In this document: positions 18,888-28,106 of the stretch, in pieces
How positions within the stretch are numbered: the stretch's first letter is position 1
Layout of the letters: the number at the start of each line of letters is the position of its first letter
DNA from: an uncultured delta proteobacterium
Lineage (GTDB): Bacteria; Myxococcota_A; Polyangia; Polyangiales; Polyangiaceae
Assembly (NCBI GenBank): GCA_963806225.1
Contig: CAWDXG010000004.1
Location: 5,056,001 to 5,120,000 of the forward strand
Direction: 5' to 3'
Length of the DNA stretch: 64,000 nt
Position numbers and translations under genes: made by a program
Notes under the pieces: generated by a model
Told to the model about the DNA's origin: nothing
What the model saw: the letters and a program-made list of their open reading frames with translations, nothing else
The model's database searches: none

Positions 18888-21545
18888 ATGCTCGACCCCA
18901 ACCTGTCGAACCTCCCGGAGGTTCCGCGTCCGCAGCCGCCCATTGGGCACGTCGATCTCGCCAAGTGGCCTCCGGACGACGATGACGACATGCCCGGCGC
19001 GCCGCCGCCGGGTGGCGGAGCGCCGGCCGGCGGCGGATTCGACTCCGGCGACGGCAACTTCAAGAAGGGGCGATTCAACCCGATTGCCATCATCATCGGC
19101 ATCCTGGTGGTCGTGGGCGGGATTGCATTTCTTGCCATCGGCGTGAAGCAGGATGCGAAGAAGCTGACGATAGAGCAGGCCGAAGCGCAGAAGAAAGCGA
19201 TCTTCGTCCTGCCCAAGCCTGAACAGATCCCCAAGTGGCGCAAGTGGGCCGCTTCCGACCAGAGCGGCGAGCTCAAGATGGAAGCGCTCAAGCAGCTTGC
19301 CTGGGCGAAGGACCCCGCCGGCGTCGACCTGGCGATCAAGGCGCTGCACGACACGGAGCCGCGCGTGGTGGCCATGGCGGCGACGGCTCTCGCCGAATAC
19401 GGCTCGCCCATGGCGGACAAGGCGAAGGAGCCGCTGCTCAAGTCGTTGAAGACCGCCGGCGTCGCTTCCAGGCCCCAGATCGCCTGGGCGGAGGTGGTGC
19501 TCGGCGATTCGCGCGCGTTCGACGAGGTCATGAAGCTCTACCGCATCGGGCACCTCTCCAAGGTGCAGCGCCTGGGTGGCGGTGTGGCGTTCGATCCCAA
19601 CATGATCGTCAAGCTGGTCAGCCTCGACAAGCTCGCCTCGCTGGCCGGCGACAAGAGCGACGCGGTCCGCCAGCTGGTGGCCACGGTGCTGTCGCGCAAG
19701 GCGGATCCGAAATACACCGACGCGCTGATCAAGCTCGTCAAGGACAAGGACGAGGAGGTCGCTCGTCAAGCGGCGCCCGGCCTCGGCAAGATCGGCGACG
19801 AGCGGGCGCGCGGGCCGCTGCTCGACGCGCTCAAGGGCGCCGACAAGGACAGCCGCAAGAAGTACCTGGAGGCGCTGCGCGACGGCATCGGCGACCAGGG
19901 CCTGGTGCTGGCGCTGCAGTCGATCGACCCGAACGACGTGAAGAAGGCCTGGTACCAGACCAAGCAGATCTTCTCGATGATCCGCGAGCTCGCGGATCCG
20001 CGCGGCGGCGACTACCTCGTCAAGTACATCGACGGGGATCCCAAGCCGCACATCCACTGGCAGACCGAGGCGGCCCTCGCCATGGCCGAGGTCGGTGACA
20101 TCCGTGCGGTTCCGACGCTCGCGCGGCGGCTGCGCATGGACCCGCTGAAGATCTACAGCGACCAGTACGACTGGGAGCAGCTGCTCAAGCGCGACGACGA
20201 GGAGCGCGTGGTCTCGGCGCGCATGATCGCCGATCTGGCTGTCCTTCATCCCGACAAACGGCAGCAGATCGCCGACGAGGCCGCCGACGCGGTCATCTTC
20301 TGGATCCACCAGATGCCGTCCCCGCACGCCAACGGTCTAAGGGCGTTGGCGGCCATGGGCTCGGACAAGGATCTCAAGGCGCTGCGCGACTGGGCGAATC
20401 CGAAGGTCGAGCTGCCGAAGCTCGGGCAGCAGCCGCCCATGCCCGAGGAGTGGGTCATTGCGCAGAGCGCGCTCCGCTACGAAGGCTGGATGAAGGACAA
20501 GCCCTCGTGGGACTGGATGATCAAGGCGCTCAAGCGGCGTCCCGAGGACGTCGACGCGACCATGGCGGGGCTGCTGCAGGGTGGCGAGGCGATCCTGGGC
20601 ATGGCGCTCCGCGCCGAGGGCGTGGGCGCGGCCCATGGCTTCTCGGAGTGGGGCGACGAGAAGGCCTTCAAGCCGCTCATGGACTACGTGGAGGACACGA
20701 AGAACAACGAGCAGTCGCGCATGGCAGCCTGCGATGCGATGGCCTGGGTCGCCAACCAGGACGACATGCTCGAGGTCGCCAAGAAGATCCAGGAGCACAA
20801 CAAGGCGGACAAGGGCGACCAGACCATCCGCGCGTGTCTGCTCGACACGCTCATCACGCGGCCCGTCCCCGGCACTTCGCCGGCGCTTCTGAAGCTGCTC
20901 GGCCCGGGAGCGTCGCTCCAGGAGAAGCACCAGATTGCCCGCGCGGTGGGCAAGGCCGGCATCGACAAGGACACGCAGGCCAAGCTGTTCGAGCTGATGA
21001 AGAGTGACGCGACGATGAACGACGCGGCGTTGGCTCTCATCCTCGGCGGCACGCCCGACGTGGCCGCCCGCGCCGTCGCCATGTACGCCGGCAAGGACAA
21101 GGCGGCGCTCGAGGAGCTTTCCGACCTCTGGTACGACACCTTCGGCTACTGGTCGACGGAGGACCTGGAGAAGGGCCGGCTCTTCCGCTGGGTCGACAAC
21201 GCCGTCGCCATCTCCCACGTCGAGATCAACAAGACCGCGCAGGAGTGGGCGCGCGTGATGTTGATGAAGCAGTTCGACAACCTGCAGTTCGACAACGGAC
21301 CGCACTCGTTCACGCGAGTCGTCTTGCGCTACCGCCTGTGGAACATGGCCAAGGGCGACGACAAGGACAAGCGCGAGGGCGCCATCCGCACGCTGAAGTT
21401 CATGAAGGAACAGGGCGTGTTGCTCGAGCTGCGCGATGCTCCCGGTGAGGCCGGCAAACTTGCCAGCGCCGCCTACCACGAACTGATGAATCCGAAGGTT
21501 GTGACCGGCGTGAAGATCCCGGAGGGCAAGGACGACAACAAGTGA
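18888..21545 (+). CDS. Membrane-anchored HEAT-repeat protein
   Basis: GGAGGA RBS; Pro/acidic N-terminus; one TM helix (IAIIIGILVVVGGIAFLAIGV); HEAT-like repeats (DEEVARQAAPGLGKIGDERARGPLLDAL). Confidence 0.8.
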   Translation: MLDPNLSNLPEVPRPQPPIGHVDLAKWPPDDDDDMPGAPPPGGGAPAGGGFDSGDGNFKKGRFNPIAIIIGILVVVGGIAFLAIGVKQDAKKLTIEQAEAQKKAIFVLPKPEQIPKWRKWAASDQSGELKMEALKQLAWAKDPAGVDLAIKALHDTEPRVVAMAATALAEYGSPMADKAKEPLLKSLKTAGVASRPQIAWAEVVLGDSRAFDEVMKLYRIGHLSKVQRLGGGVAFDPNMIVKLVSLDKLASLAGDKSDAVRQLVATVLSRKADPKYTDALIKLVKDKDEEVARQAAPGLGKIGDERARGPLLDALKGADKDSRKKYLEALRDGIGDQGLVLALQSIDPNDVKKAWYQTKQIFSMIRELADPRGGDYLVKYIDGDPKPHIHWQTEAALAMAEVGDIRAVPTLARRLRMDPLKIYSDQYDWEQLLKRDDEERVVSARMIADLAVLHPDKRQQIADEAADAVIFWIHQMPSPHANGLRALAAMGSDKDLKALRDWANPKVELPKLGQQPPMPEEWVIAQSALRYEGWMKDKPSWDWMIKALKRRPEDVDATMAGLLQGGEAILGMALRAEGVGAAHGFSEWGDEKAFKPLMDYVEDTKNNEQSRMAACDAMAWVANQDDMLEVAKKIQEHNKADKGDQTIRACLLDTLITRPVPGTSPALLKLLGPGASLQEKHQIARAVGKAGIDKDTQAKLFELMKSDATMNDAALALILGGTPDVAARAVAMYAGKDKAALEELSDLWYDTFGYWSTEDLEKGRLFRWVDNAVAISHVEINKTAQEWARVMLMKQFDNLQFDNGPHSFTRVVLRYRLWNMAKGDDKDKREGAIRTLKFMKEQGVLLELRDAPGEAGKLASAAYHELMNPKVVTGVKIPEGKDDNK

Positions 21546-22180
21546 GCCGAACCGGCGCTGGTAGGGTCCGGAGGCGCTTGCCCTCCGGACCGCGGCGCCT
21601 GTTTTGTGGTGCTCTTGTTGTCGGCTCTGTTGCGCTCGCGGGGTGCGGCACGAAGCACCTGCCTGCGCCGAAGCACGCGGGCCCGGAAGTGCGCGAGCTC
21701 CGCGTTTCACCGGGCGTCGTGGTGGAGCGCGCGTGCACTCCCACCGGACCCGAGCTCTGCTTCAACGCCGTCGATGACAACTGCAACGGCATCATCGACG
21801 AAGGCTGCGGCGTGCACACCGGCATCGTCCAGTTCGTCATCGCCTGGGACAAGCCGGGCGCGGATGTCGATCTGAACGTGACCGATCCGAACGGCGAGCT
21901 CGTCGAGGTGGGACGCGTAGCCCAGAGCGGCCTGGCGAAGGAGCGCGATTGTCCCGGGCGCCACGATGCCTGTCACGGGCAGAACATGGAGAACGTCTAT
22001 CTCGAGGAAGGGGACCCGGTGCGCGGGCAGTACCGCGTGCGGATCCGCCTCGAAAAGCTCGGCGGCGAAGATCCCCCCGTCCGCGTGCGATTCGGTGCTC
22101 GCGTCGGTCCCAAGACCTACGCTGCCGAGCTCGAGCTCGACCGACCCGAGCAGGAGCGAGAGCTCGACATTCGTCTCTAG
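21542..22180 (+). CDS. Lipoprotein with a MopE-like Cys motif and a YfaP/DUF2135-like domain
   Basis: LAGC; ELCFNAVDDNCNGIIDEGC; IAWDKPGADVDLNVTDPNGE...ENVY. Confidence 0.7.
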   Translation: MSRTGAGRVRRRLPSGPRRLFCGALVVGSVALAGCGTKHLPAPKHAGPEVRELRVSPGVVVERACTPTGPELCFNAVDDNCNGIIDEGCGVHTGIVQFVIAWDKPGADVDLNVTDPNGELVEVGRVAQSGLAKERDCPGRHDACHGQNMENVYLEEGDPVRGQYRVRIRLEKLGGEDPPVRVRFGARVGPKTYAAELELDRPEQERELDIRL

Positions 22181-22240
22181 ACCGGACACCAATTATTTCG
22201 TGCACAACCGGGCCGGAAAGCTTGGTACCTTCGTAGTGTT

Positions 22241-22804
22241 GTGGCCAAGGTCCTCGGTCGGGTAACCGGCGCAGTCGATGTTCCGAGGGGACCGGACGTC
22301 ATCCACCGGATCAACGTTCCGGGCGAATGGCTCGATGAAGGAGCCCGGATCGAGCTCGAACTGCCGCGAAACCTGAGCTGCGCGACGTGTGGTGGCGGCG
22401 GATGCGACGCCTGCGGGCGGTCGGGTGCGATCACGATGCGCGGGCGCCGCGAGCCGCCCGAGGTCCTGGAGGTCGAGTTGCCGCGGCGTCCGGCGACGGA
22501 AGATCCTCCGTCTTCCGGCAAGCGTGGAGTCGTGGTCCGGATCCCGGAGAAAGGCGGGTTGCCGGAAGAAGGCTCGTTGCTGCCGCGCGGGGTGCTGATG
22601 CTCTCGGTGCGCGCGGCGGAAGAGCCCGACCCGGGAGTGAAGCGCGTGGCTCCGGCGCCCCTGGTTGTGGCCGAGCCGCTGGCGAGAGAGCCCTCGTTCC
22701 GGCCGCCTGCACCGCGCTACTCCCGCACGGTGGTCATCGCAGCCGTGATCGTCATCATCTGGATCTTGCTTCTGATTTTGCTACGCGTGCTGGGTGTTGC
22801 CTAA
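22241..22804 (+). CDS. DnaJ-like zinc-finger/C-terminal domain protein with C-terminal TM anchor, no J domain
   Basis: CATCGGGGCDACGRSG; VVRIPEKGG...RGVLML; terminal hydrophobic helix; no HPD. Confidence 0.55.
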   Translation: MAKVLGRVTGAVDVPRGPDVIHRINVPGEWLDEGARIELELPRNLSCATCGGGGCDACGRSGAITMRGRREPPEVLEVELPRRPATEDPPSSGKRGVVVRIPEKGGLPEEGSLLPRGVLMLSVRAAEEPDPGVKRVAPAPLVVAEPLAREPSFRPPAPRYSRTVVIAAVIVIIWILLLILLRVLGVA

Positions 22805-22987
22805 ACGTCCGAGCACCTCCGGAGGTCGGCCTGCTGGTCGGACAGGGGGCGGTTGACGCGGAGCGTAATAAGCGCCTACGGATCCCGACGTGGTCGCGGG
22901 TGGCGAATTCTCGCCGAGCGTCCTCCCGCGGGATAGACGCATTGCGGCTAGCCTCATAGCGCCCATGAAGCGGCAGAAGAGGTCCTC

Positions 22988-25309
22988 ATGAACCCGGTAG
23001 CGATGGCTCTCATCATCCTCGGCCTGCTCGGGCTGTTCGCGTGGAGTGCGAACCGTCGCTGGGGGTTGATGAAGGTCGGCAGCCCGACGCACGAGAGCCG
23101 TTTCAACCTGATCGGCCAGCGCATCAAGAGGGTGCTCGTGTTCGCCTTCTACCAGAAGCGGATGCGCTACTACCTGGGCGCCGGGCTGGCGCACAACATG
23201 ATCTTCTTCGGGTTCCTGGTGCTGTTGCTCAACACCTTGATCCTGTGGGGGCGCGGCTTCTTCCCGGGCTTCGAGTTCTGGATCTTCGGGCCGCAGCCGG
23301 TGGCCGGCATTCCTCTCGGGCACATCTACGAGTTCATCAAGGAGGTGTTCCTGATCCTGGTGCTCGTGGGCGTGTCCGTCTTCGTCTACTACCGCGTCAT
23401 CAAGCCGCAGAAGCGCATGGCGCTCGGCTGGGAGGGGCTCGTCATCCTCGGCATCATCGCCGTGATGATGGTCGCCGACCTGCTCTACGTGGGGTCGGCG
23501 CAGGTCCTGAACGTGCAGCACGCCTCGGCGTGCAACGGCGGCAGCGCGGCGGACTGGTGCAAGAGCGCCAGCACCGTGCTCGCGCCGTTCGGCAGGCCCG
23601 AGGAGATCGCATGGCGCCCGTACCCGACGCCGGGCAGCTCGCTCCTGGCCACGTGGCTCCAGGGCGTCTCGCCGGGCACGTTGATCGTGCTCGCGCACGC
23701 CGGCTTCTGGACCCACGCCACGCTGGTCCTGATCTTCCTGAACATCCTGCCGTACTCGAAGCACTTCCACATCATCACGGCGATCCCGAACGTGTTCATG
23801 TCGGACCAGACGCCTCGCGGGCGGCTGCGTCCCATCGCGAAGAACACCGAGGAGCTGATGGGGATGGTCGAGAAGGCGATGGAGAGGGAGGACATGCTCG
23901 CCTCGCCGATCGGCTACGCGCGCATCGAGCACTTCACCTGGAAGGACATCGTCGATTTCTACACCTGCACCGAGTGCGGGCGCTGCTCCGACAATTGTCC
24001 GGCCAACACGACCGGCAAGATCCTCAGCCCGAAGCACCTGACGCTCGATCTCCGCGACCAGCTGTACGCGCGGCAGGAAGAGTTCCTGGCGCTCGGCGAC
24101 AAGCTGCCCCGGCACGGTCTCGACGAGCTCAAGCCCAGGGAAGGCGAAGAGGCCGGGGAGACGGAGTCCGCCGAGGCGAGCGAAACGGAAGAGAAGAAGG
24201 ACGAAAACGCCGCCGACTACAAACCGGTCGATCTCGTGCCGAACGTCATCCACGAGGACGTGCTGTGGGCGTGCACGACCTGCCGCGCCTGCGAAGAGCT
24301 GTGCCCGGTCTTCATCACCTACGTCGACAAGATCGTGCAGATGCGGCGCAACCTCGTCGTCATGAAGGGCGAGTTCCCCGCCGAGCTGAACAAGCCGTTC
24401 GAAGGCATGGAAGTCAACGGCAACCCGTGGAACCTCTCGCGCATGGACCGCACGAGCTGGGCGGAGGGGCTGGACGTTCCGACGTTCGCCGACAATCCCA
24501 AGGCCGAGGTCCTGTACTGGGTCGGCTGCGCCGCCAGCTACGACGACCGTGCCAAGAAGATCGCGCGCGCCACCGCGAGCCTGCTCAAGAAGGCCGGCGT
24601 GGACTTCGCGATCCTGGGCGAAGAGGAAACGTGCACAGGCGATCCGGCGCGCCGCGCGGGCAACGAGTACCTGTTCACCATGCTCGCCGAGGCGAACATC
24701 GCCACCATCGACGGCTACCGCGAGCAGGGCGGCGCGAAGAAGATCATCACGACCTGTCCGCACTGCTTCAACACGCTCGGAAACGAGTATCCCGACTTCG
24801 GCGGCAAGTACGAGGTCGTCCACCACACCGACTACCTGCTAGGGCTCGTCGCGGAGCGGAAGCTCGAACCGAAGAAGCCCGTCAAGGGCAAGGTTGTGTT
24901 CCACGACTCGTGCTACCTCGGCCGCTACAACGACATCTACGATTCACCGCGCGACATCCTGAAGAGCATCCCCGGCGTCGAGCTCGTCGAGGTCGACTAC
25001 TGGAAGAGAAACAAGGGCCTGTGCTGCGGCGCGGGCGGAGCGCAGATGTTCATGGAGGAGCAGAACAAGGATCGCGTGAACGTCAAGCGCACCCTGCAGC
25101 TGCTCGACACCGGCGCGAAGACCCTCGCCAGCGCGTGTCCTTTCTGCATGACCATGCTCACCGACGGCATCAAGGCGGAGTCGAAGGAAGACGAGGTCAA
25201 GAACCTGGACGTCGTCGAGCTTCTCGCGACCTCCTGCGGCGTCGGTGACGTTGTCGCAGCTGCGGAAGCGAACGCGGAAGCCGCGGCGGCGCCGGCACCC
25301 GCGGAATAG
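22988..25309 (+). CDS. Membrane Fe-S oxidoreductase (FadF / HdrD-like)
   Basis: N-terminal TM helices, PYSKHFH, CTECGRCSDNCP, CTTCRACEELCP, two CCG-type domains (HDSCYLGR, CCGAGG, ACPFC). Confidence 0.9.
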   Translation: MNPVAMALIILGLLGLFAWSANRRWGLMKVGSPTHESRFNLIGQRIKRVLVFAFYQKRMRYYLGAGLAHNMIFFGFLVLLLNTLILWGRGFFPGFEFWIFGPQPVAGIPLGHIYEFIKEVFLILVLVGVSVFVYYRVIKPQKRMALGWEGLVILGIIAVMMVADLLYVGSAQVLNVQHASACNGGSAADWCKSASTVLAPFGRPEEIAWRPYPTPGSSLLATWLQGVSPGTLIVLAHAGFWTHATLVLIFLNILPYSKHFHIITAIPNVFMSDQTPRGRLRPIAKNTEELMGMVEKAMEREDMLASPIGYARIEHFTWKDIVDFYTCTECGRCSDNCPANTTGKILSPKHLTLDLRDQLYARQEEFLALGDKLPRHGLDELKPREGEEAGETESAEASETEEKKDENAADYKPVDLVPNVIHEDVLWACTTCRACEELCPVFITYVDKIVQMRRNLVVMKGEFPAELNKPFEGMEVNGNPWNLSRMDRTSWAEGLDVPTFADNPKAEVLYWVGCAASYDDRAKKIARATASLLKKAGVDFAILGEEETCTGDPARRAGNEYLFTMLAEANIATIDGYREQGGAKKIITTCPHCFNTLGNEYPDFGGKYEVVHHTDYLLGLVAERKLEPKKPVKGKVVFHDSCYLGRYNDIYDSPRDILKSIPGVELVEVDYWKRNKGLCCGAGGAQMFMEEQNKDRVNVKRTLQLLDTGAKTLASACPFCMTMLTDGIKAESKEDEVKNLDVVELLATSCGVGDVVAAAEANAEAAAAPAPAE

Positions 25310-25535
25310 TCTCGCAGCGATAGCGAACGACGCATTGCGTCTTGCAACGGCGCGTTACGCGTTTCCGCGGACGAAACGAGCACGCCGGAACGCGTCACGA
25401 ATCATGTTCGTTCCGCTTCGTTGGCGTTTTGCAAATCGATGGCAGGCTTCGCCTGCCATTCCGGCCAGACAACCGCTCGTAGCGCTTCGACACCGCGATT
25501 CGCGGCAGCTACACTCGCTCGACTGGCCGCACAGA
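25310..25535. other. Hairpin-dense intergenic element (REP/MITE-like or structured ncRNA)
   Basis: At least six stems, e.g. atggcaggc-ttc-gcctgccat and cggccag...ctggccg. Confidence 0.35.
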
Positions 25536-25611
25536 GTATCACGCCCAGGGGGGCGTCGTGCGCGCGCGCGGTCGCGCGGCACTCGTGCTTTCGCTTGCGC
25601 CGAAGTGACGC

Positions 25612-26850
25612 ATGATGCGTTGGCGGCGCTGCATCGTCTGCATCGTCTCGATGCTCGTTGCCAGGATGGCGGTCGCACAACCCAAGCGCCCCGCACAGCT
25701 GAAGACGCCGCACACGGAAGTCGACCTGTTTCCCGTACTGGGCGGCACGAGCGATGTCGGGTTCGGCGGGGGGCTGCTGGGTGCTATCGCGCGGGAGGAG
25801 CCCGGCTACAGCCCGTATCGCTGGCGGCTGGCGGGAGGCAGCCTCACGATGTTCAAGCCGGGGCGGCATGGCAAGCGCGGGCACCTGACCTACCAGGACT
25901 ACTACCTCAAGCTCAGCATGCCGGACCTCGCGCGCGGCGCGGTCCGGCTGGATGCCCGCCTCTCGTACACGCGCCAGGCGCCGGTGCACTACTACGGGAT
26001 CGGCAACGCGAGCGTGCGGCTTCCGCGCGGCCAGTTCACGCCCGGCTACTACGACTACACCCGCGTCCATCCCACGTTCTGGCTCAAGGTGCGGATCAAC
26101 GTCGGCGGACCGTTCTTCATCCGCATCGGCAACAACTACACCCAGAACCTGTACGACATCGCACCGGATTCCAGGCTGGCCGAGGATATCATCTCGCCGA
26201 ACCGCGAGGTCCGTACGTTGGTCGACCACCCGCGGGACTCCGCCGTGGATTTCTTCGAGTACGCCCTCCTGTACGACACGCGGGACAACGAGGTCGAGCC
26301 GTCGCGCGGGCAGTACGACAAGTTCCAGCTCAGGTTCAGTCCGGGGGGCTCGTCGCACTTCCCCTATCGCTATGCGCAGGCGAACCTGACGCTGCGCTGG
26401 TACACGACGCCCATCCGCGATCACCTGACCGTGGCGATGCGTCTCATGGGCGACGTGCTGTTCGGGCATCCGCCGCTCTACGAGCTGTCGCGCTACGACG
26501 ACACGAGCGCGATCGGCGGCAGCCGCGGCGTGCGTGGCATTCCCTCCGGGCGCTACTCCGGCAAGATCAAGGTGCTCGGGAACATCGAGGCGCGGGTCCC
26601 GCTCGCCGGATTCCGTCTTCTGGGCAAGCAGTTGCGTTTCGGTGTCGCCGGCTTCCTGGATGCCGGGCGTGTCTGGGCGGACACCACGCGCCACCCCGAG
26701 CTCGACGGAACGTCGCTCGGTTTGAAGTACGGCATCGGCGGCGGGCTCAGGCTGCAGCAGGGGCACTCGTTCGTCCTGCGGCTCGATGCGGCCTGGTCGC
26801 CGGACGCTCGTCCGATGGGCCTTTATCTCACAGCAGGCGAAGCTTTCTGA
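25612..26850 (+). CDS. Omp85/BamA-TamA-type outer-membrane beta-barrel (no POTRA domain evident)
   Basis: YDTRDN, IGGSRGVRG..GRY, NIEAR, FLDAGRVW, GIGGGLR, C-terminal GEAF. Confidence 0.85.
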   Translation: MMRWRRCIVCIVSMLVARMAVAQPKRPAQLKTPHTEVDLFPVLGGTSDVGFGGGLLGAIAREEPGYSPYRWRLAGGSLTMFKPGRHGKRGHLTYQDYYLKLSMPDLARGAVRLDARLSYTRQAPVHYYGIGNASVRLPRGQFTPGYYDYTRVHPTFWLKVRINVGGPFFIRIGNNYTQNLYDIAPDSRLAEDIISPNREVRTLVDHPRDSAVDFFEYALLYDTRDNEVEPSRGQYDKFQLRFSPGGSSHFPYRYAQANLTLRWYTTPIRDHLTVAMRLMGDVLFGHPPLYELSRYDDTSAIGGSRGVRGIPSGRYSGKIKVLGNIEARVPLAGFRLLGKQLRFGVAGFLDAGRVWADTTRHPELDGTSLGLKYGIGGGLRLQQGHSFVLRLDAAWSPDARPMGLYLTAGEAF

Positions 26851-26924
26851 GCCTGACAGGCTCCCGGCAGGTGCCCGTCGATGGTGCGTGCCAGCCGGGC
26901 CCGCCACGCTATACTCCCCCGCAC

Positions 26925-27188
26925 ATGGCTGAACCCCGCCCCGCCCCGCCCGAGCTCTCGCTCCTGGGCGAGTCCGATCACGTGTTCGTGGAAACGCCGG
27001 ACCGGAGCTTCCACTGCGACAGTTGCGGACGGACGTTTTCCGGCGAGCCCGGAGGGGCCGGGCTGTTCGTGTGGACCCGCGGCGACGAGGTCCGCTACGA
27101 GGAGCCGCCGCTCTGCGACCACTGCGCCTACGAGATCAGTATCGGCGCACTGATACGCTGGAGCGTGGAAGAAGAAGAGGAAGGCTGA
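26925..27188 (+). CDS. Small zinc-ribbon-like protein (87 aa)
   Basis: CDSC...CDHC and acidic tail; TATACT upstream; appears only as the tail of a longer spurious ORF in the track. Confidence 0.65.
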   Translation: MAEPRPAPPELSLLGESDHVFVETPDRSFHCDSCGRTFSGEPGGAGLFVWTRGDEVRYEEPPLCDHCAYEISIGALIRWSVEEEEEG

Positions 27189-27208
27189 GCGCGGGAGCGC
27201 GCCGGCCG

Positions 27209-27976
27209 CTACTGGAGCATCGCGTCGTCCGACGCGCGGAGTGGGGGCCGTCGTTGCCTGAGCTCGCGCGCCGTCGCGCGCAGCACTCCCGGCGCGTCGG
27301 TGCTCTCCATCACCAGTGAAAGCTCTCCCCGCGTGCAGAGCACCAGCAGCGGTCCCGCCATTTCCGGCGGCGAGCCCGGATTGAGCAGGACCGACATGCG
27401 CACGCGCGGTCGCGAGAGCCAGCGCGGAGACTGTGCCAGCTCACGCATCACTTCGAGGCGCGCGGGGCGTCGCGTGGCGAGGCGCACGACGTCCTCCTCG
27501 GTGACCATCGGATTTTCCAGCAGCTGCCGGATGACGAGCGGGTGCGGGTCCGACAAGAGCCGGTCGAACGCGCGACGACTGGGACGGCGCGCCAGGCTGC
27601 GGCGTTCGCCCACCGTCAGCTCGCGTCCGGTGCCGTAGTCCGGGACCGGCAGATCGTCGATACGCCGCTTGTACACCGGCGCAGGCGGTCCGCGCCGAAG
27701 CAGGCGATCGAGACTCAAGAGCCGACGCGCCGCGGCTTCCTCGCGCAGCTGCTCGACGAGCTCGCATTCGCCGAGACCCACGAACATAAGGGCGGCTACC
27801 ATCACCGCCTCGCGAGCGTCCGGGTCGGAGCTTTCCGCCTGCTCGCACAGTCCGTCGAGCAGAGTGGCGGCGTTTGCGACCGGCCACACGCCGAGCTGCT
27901 CCGAAAGCCAGCCTACCCGGAGCGCTATCTCGGGCAGTGACAGCAGCACGCGCTTGAGGCGCAACACATCCGCCAT
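27209..27976 (-). CDS. Hypothetical helical-repeat protein
   Basis: Repeats such as LLSDPHPLVIRQLLENP and SRPRVRMSVLLNPGSP. Confidence 0.7.
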   Translation of the reverse strand: MADVLRLKRVLLSLPEIALRVGWLSEQLGVWPVANAATLLDGLCEQAESSDPDAREAVMVAALMFVGLGECELVEQLREEAAARRLLSLDRLLRRGPPAPVYKRRIDDLPVPDYGTGRELTVGERRSLARRPSRRAFDRLLSDPHPLVIRQLLENPMVTEEDVVRLATRRPARLEVMRELAQSPRWLSRPRVRMSVLLNPGSPPEMAGPLLVLCTRGELSLVMESTDAPGVLRATARELRQRRPPLRASDDAMLQ

Positions 27977-28106
27977 CGCCCCCAGGCTAGCATCCGGGCC
28001 GGCTCCGGGGGCACCCGGGCGTCTCCGGCCCCCGGACCGCACCGCCCGCCGGAGCTCTGCCACCCGCTCGCGTGGAAGGCCGGGGAAGTCAGGCTAGACT
28101 TCGCGC

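Noticed and set aside
22936..25339. 11-bp direct repeat gacgcattgcg flanking the FadF-like gene as a target-site duplication
   Set aside because: Short and plausible by chance; it encloses a metabolic gene with no mobility functions
25361..25380. ggacgaaac as part of a hammerhead ribozyme
   Set aside because: No CUGAnGA core at a suitable upstream position
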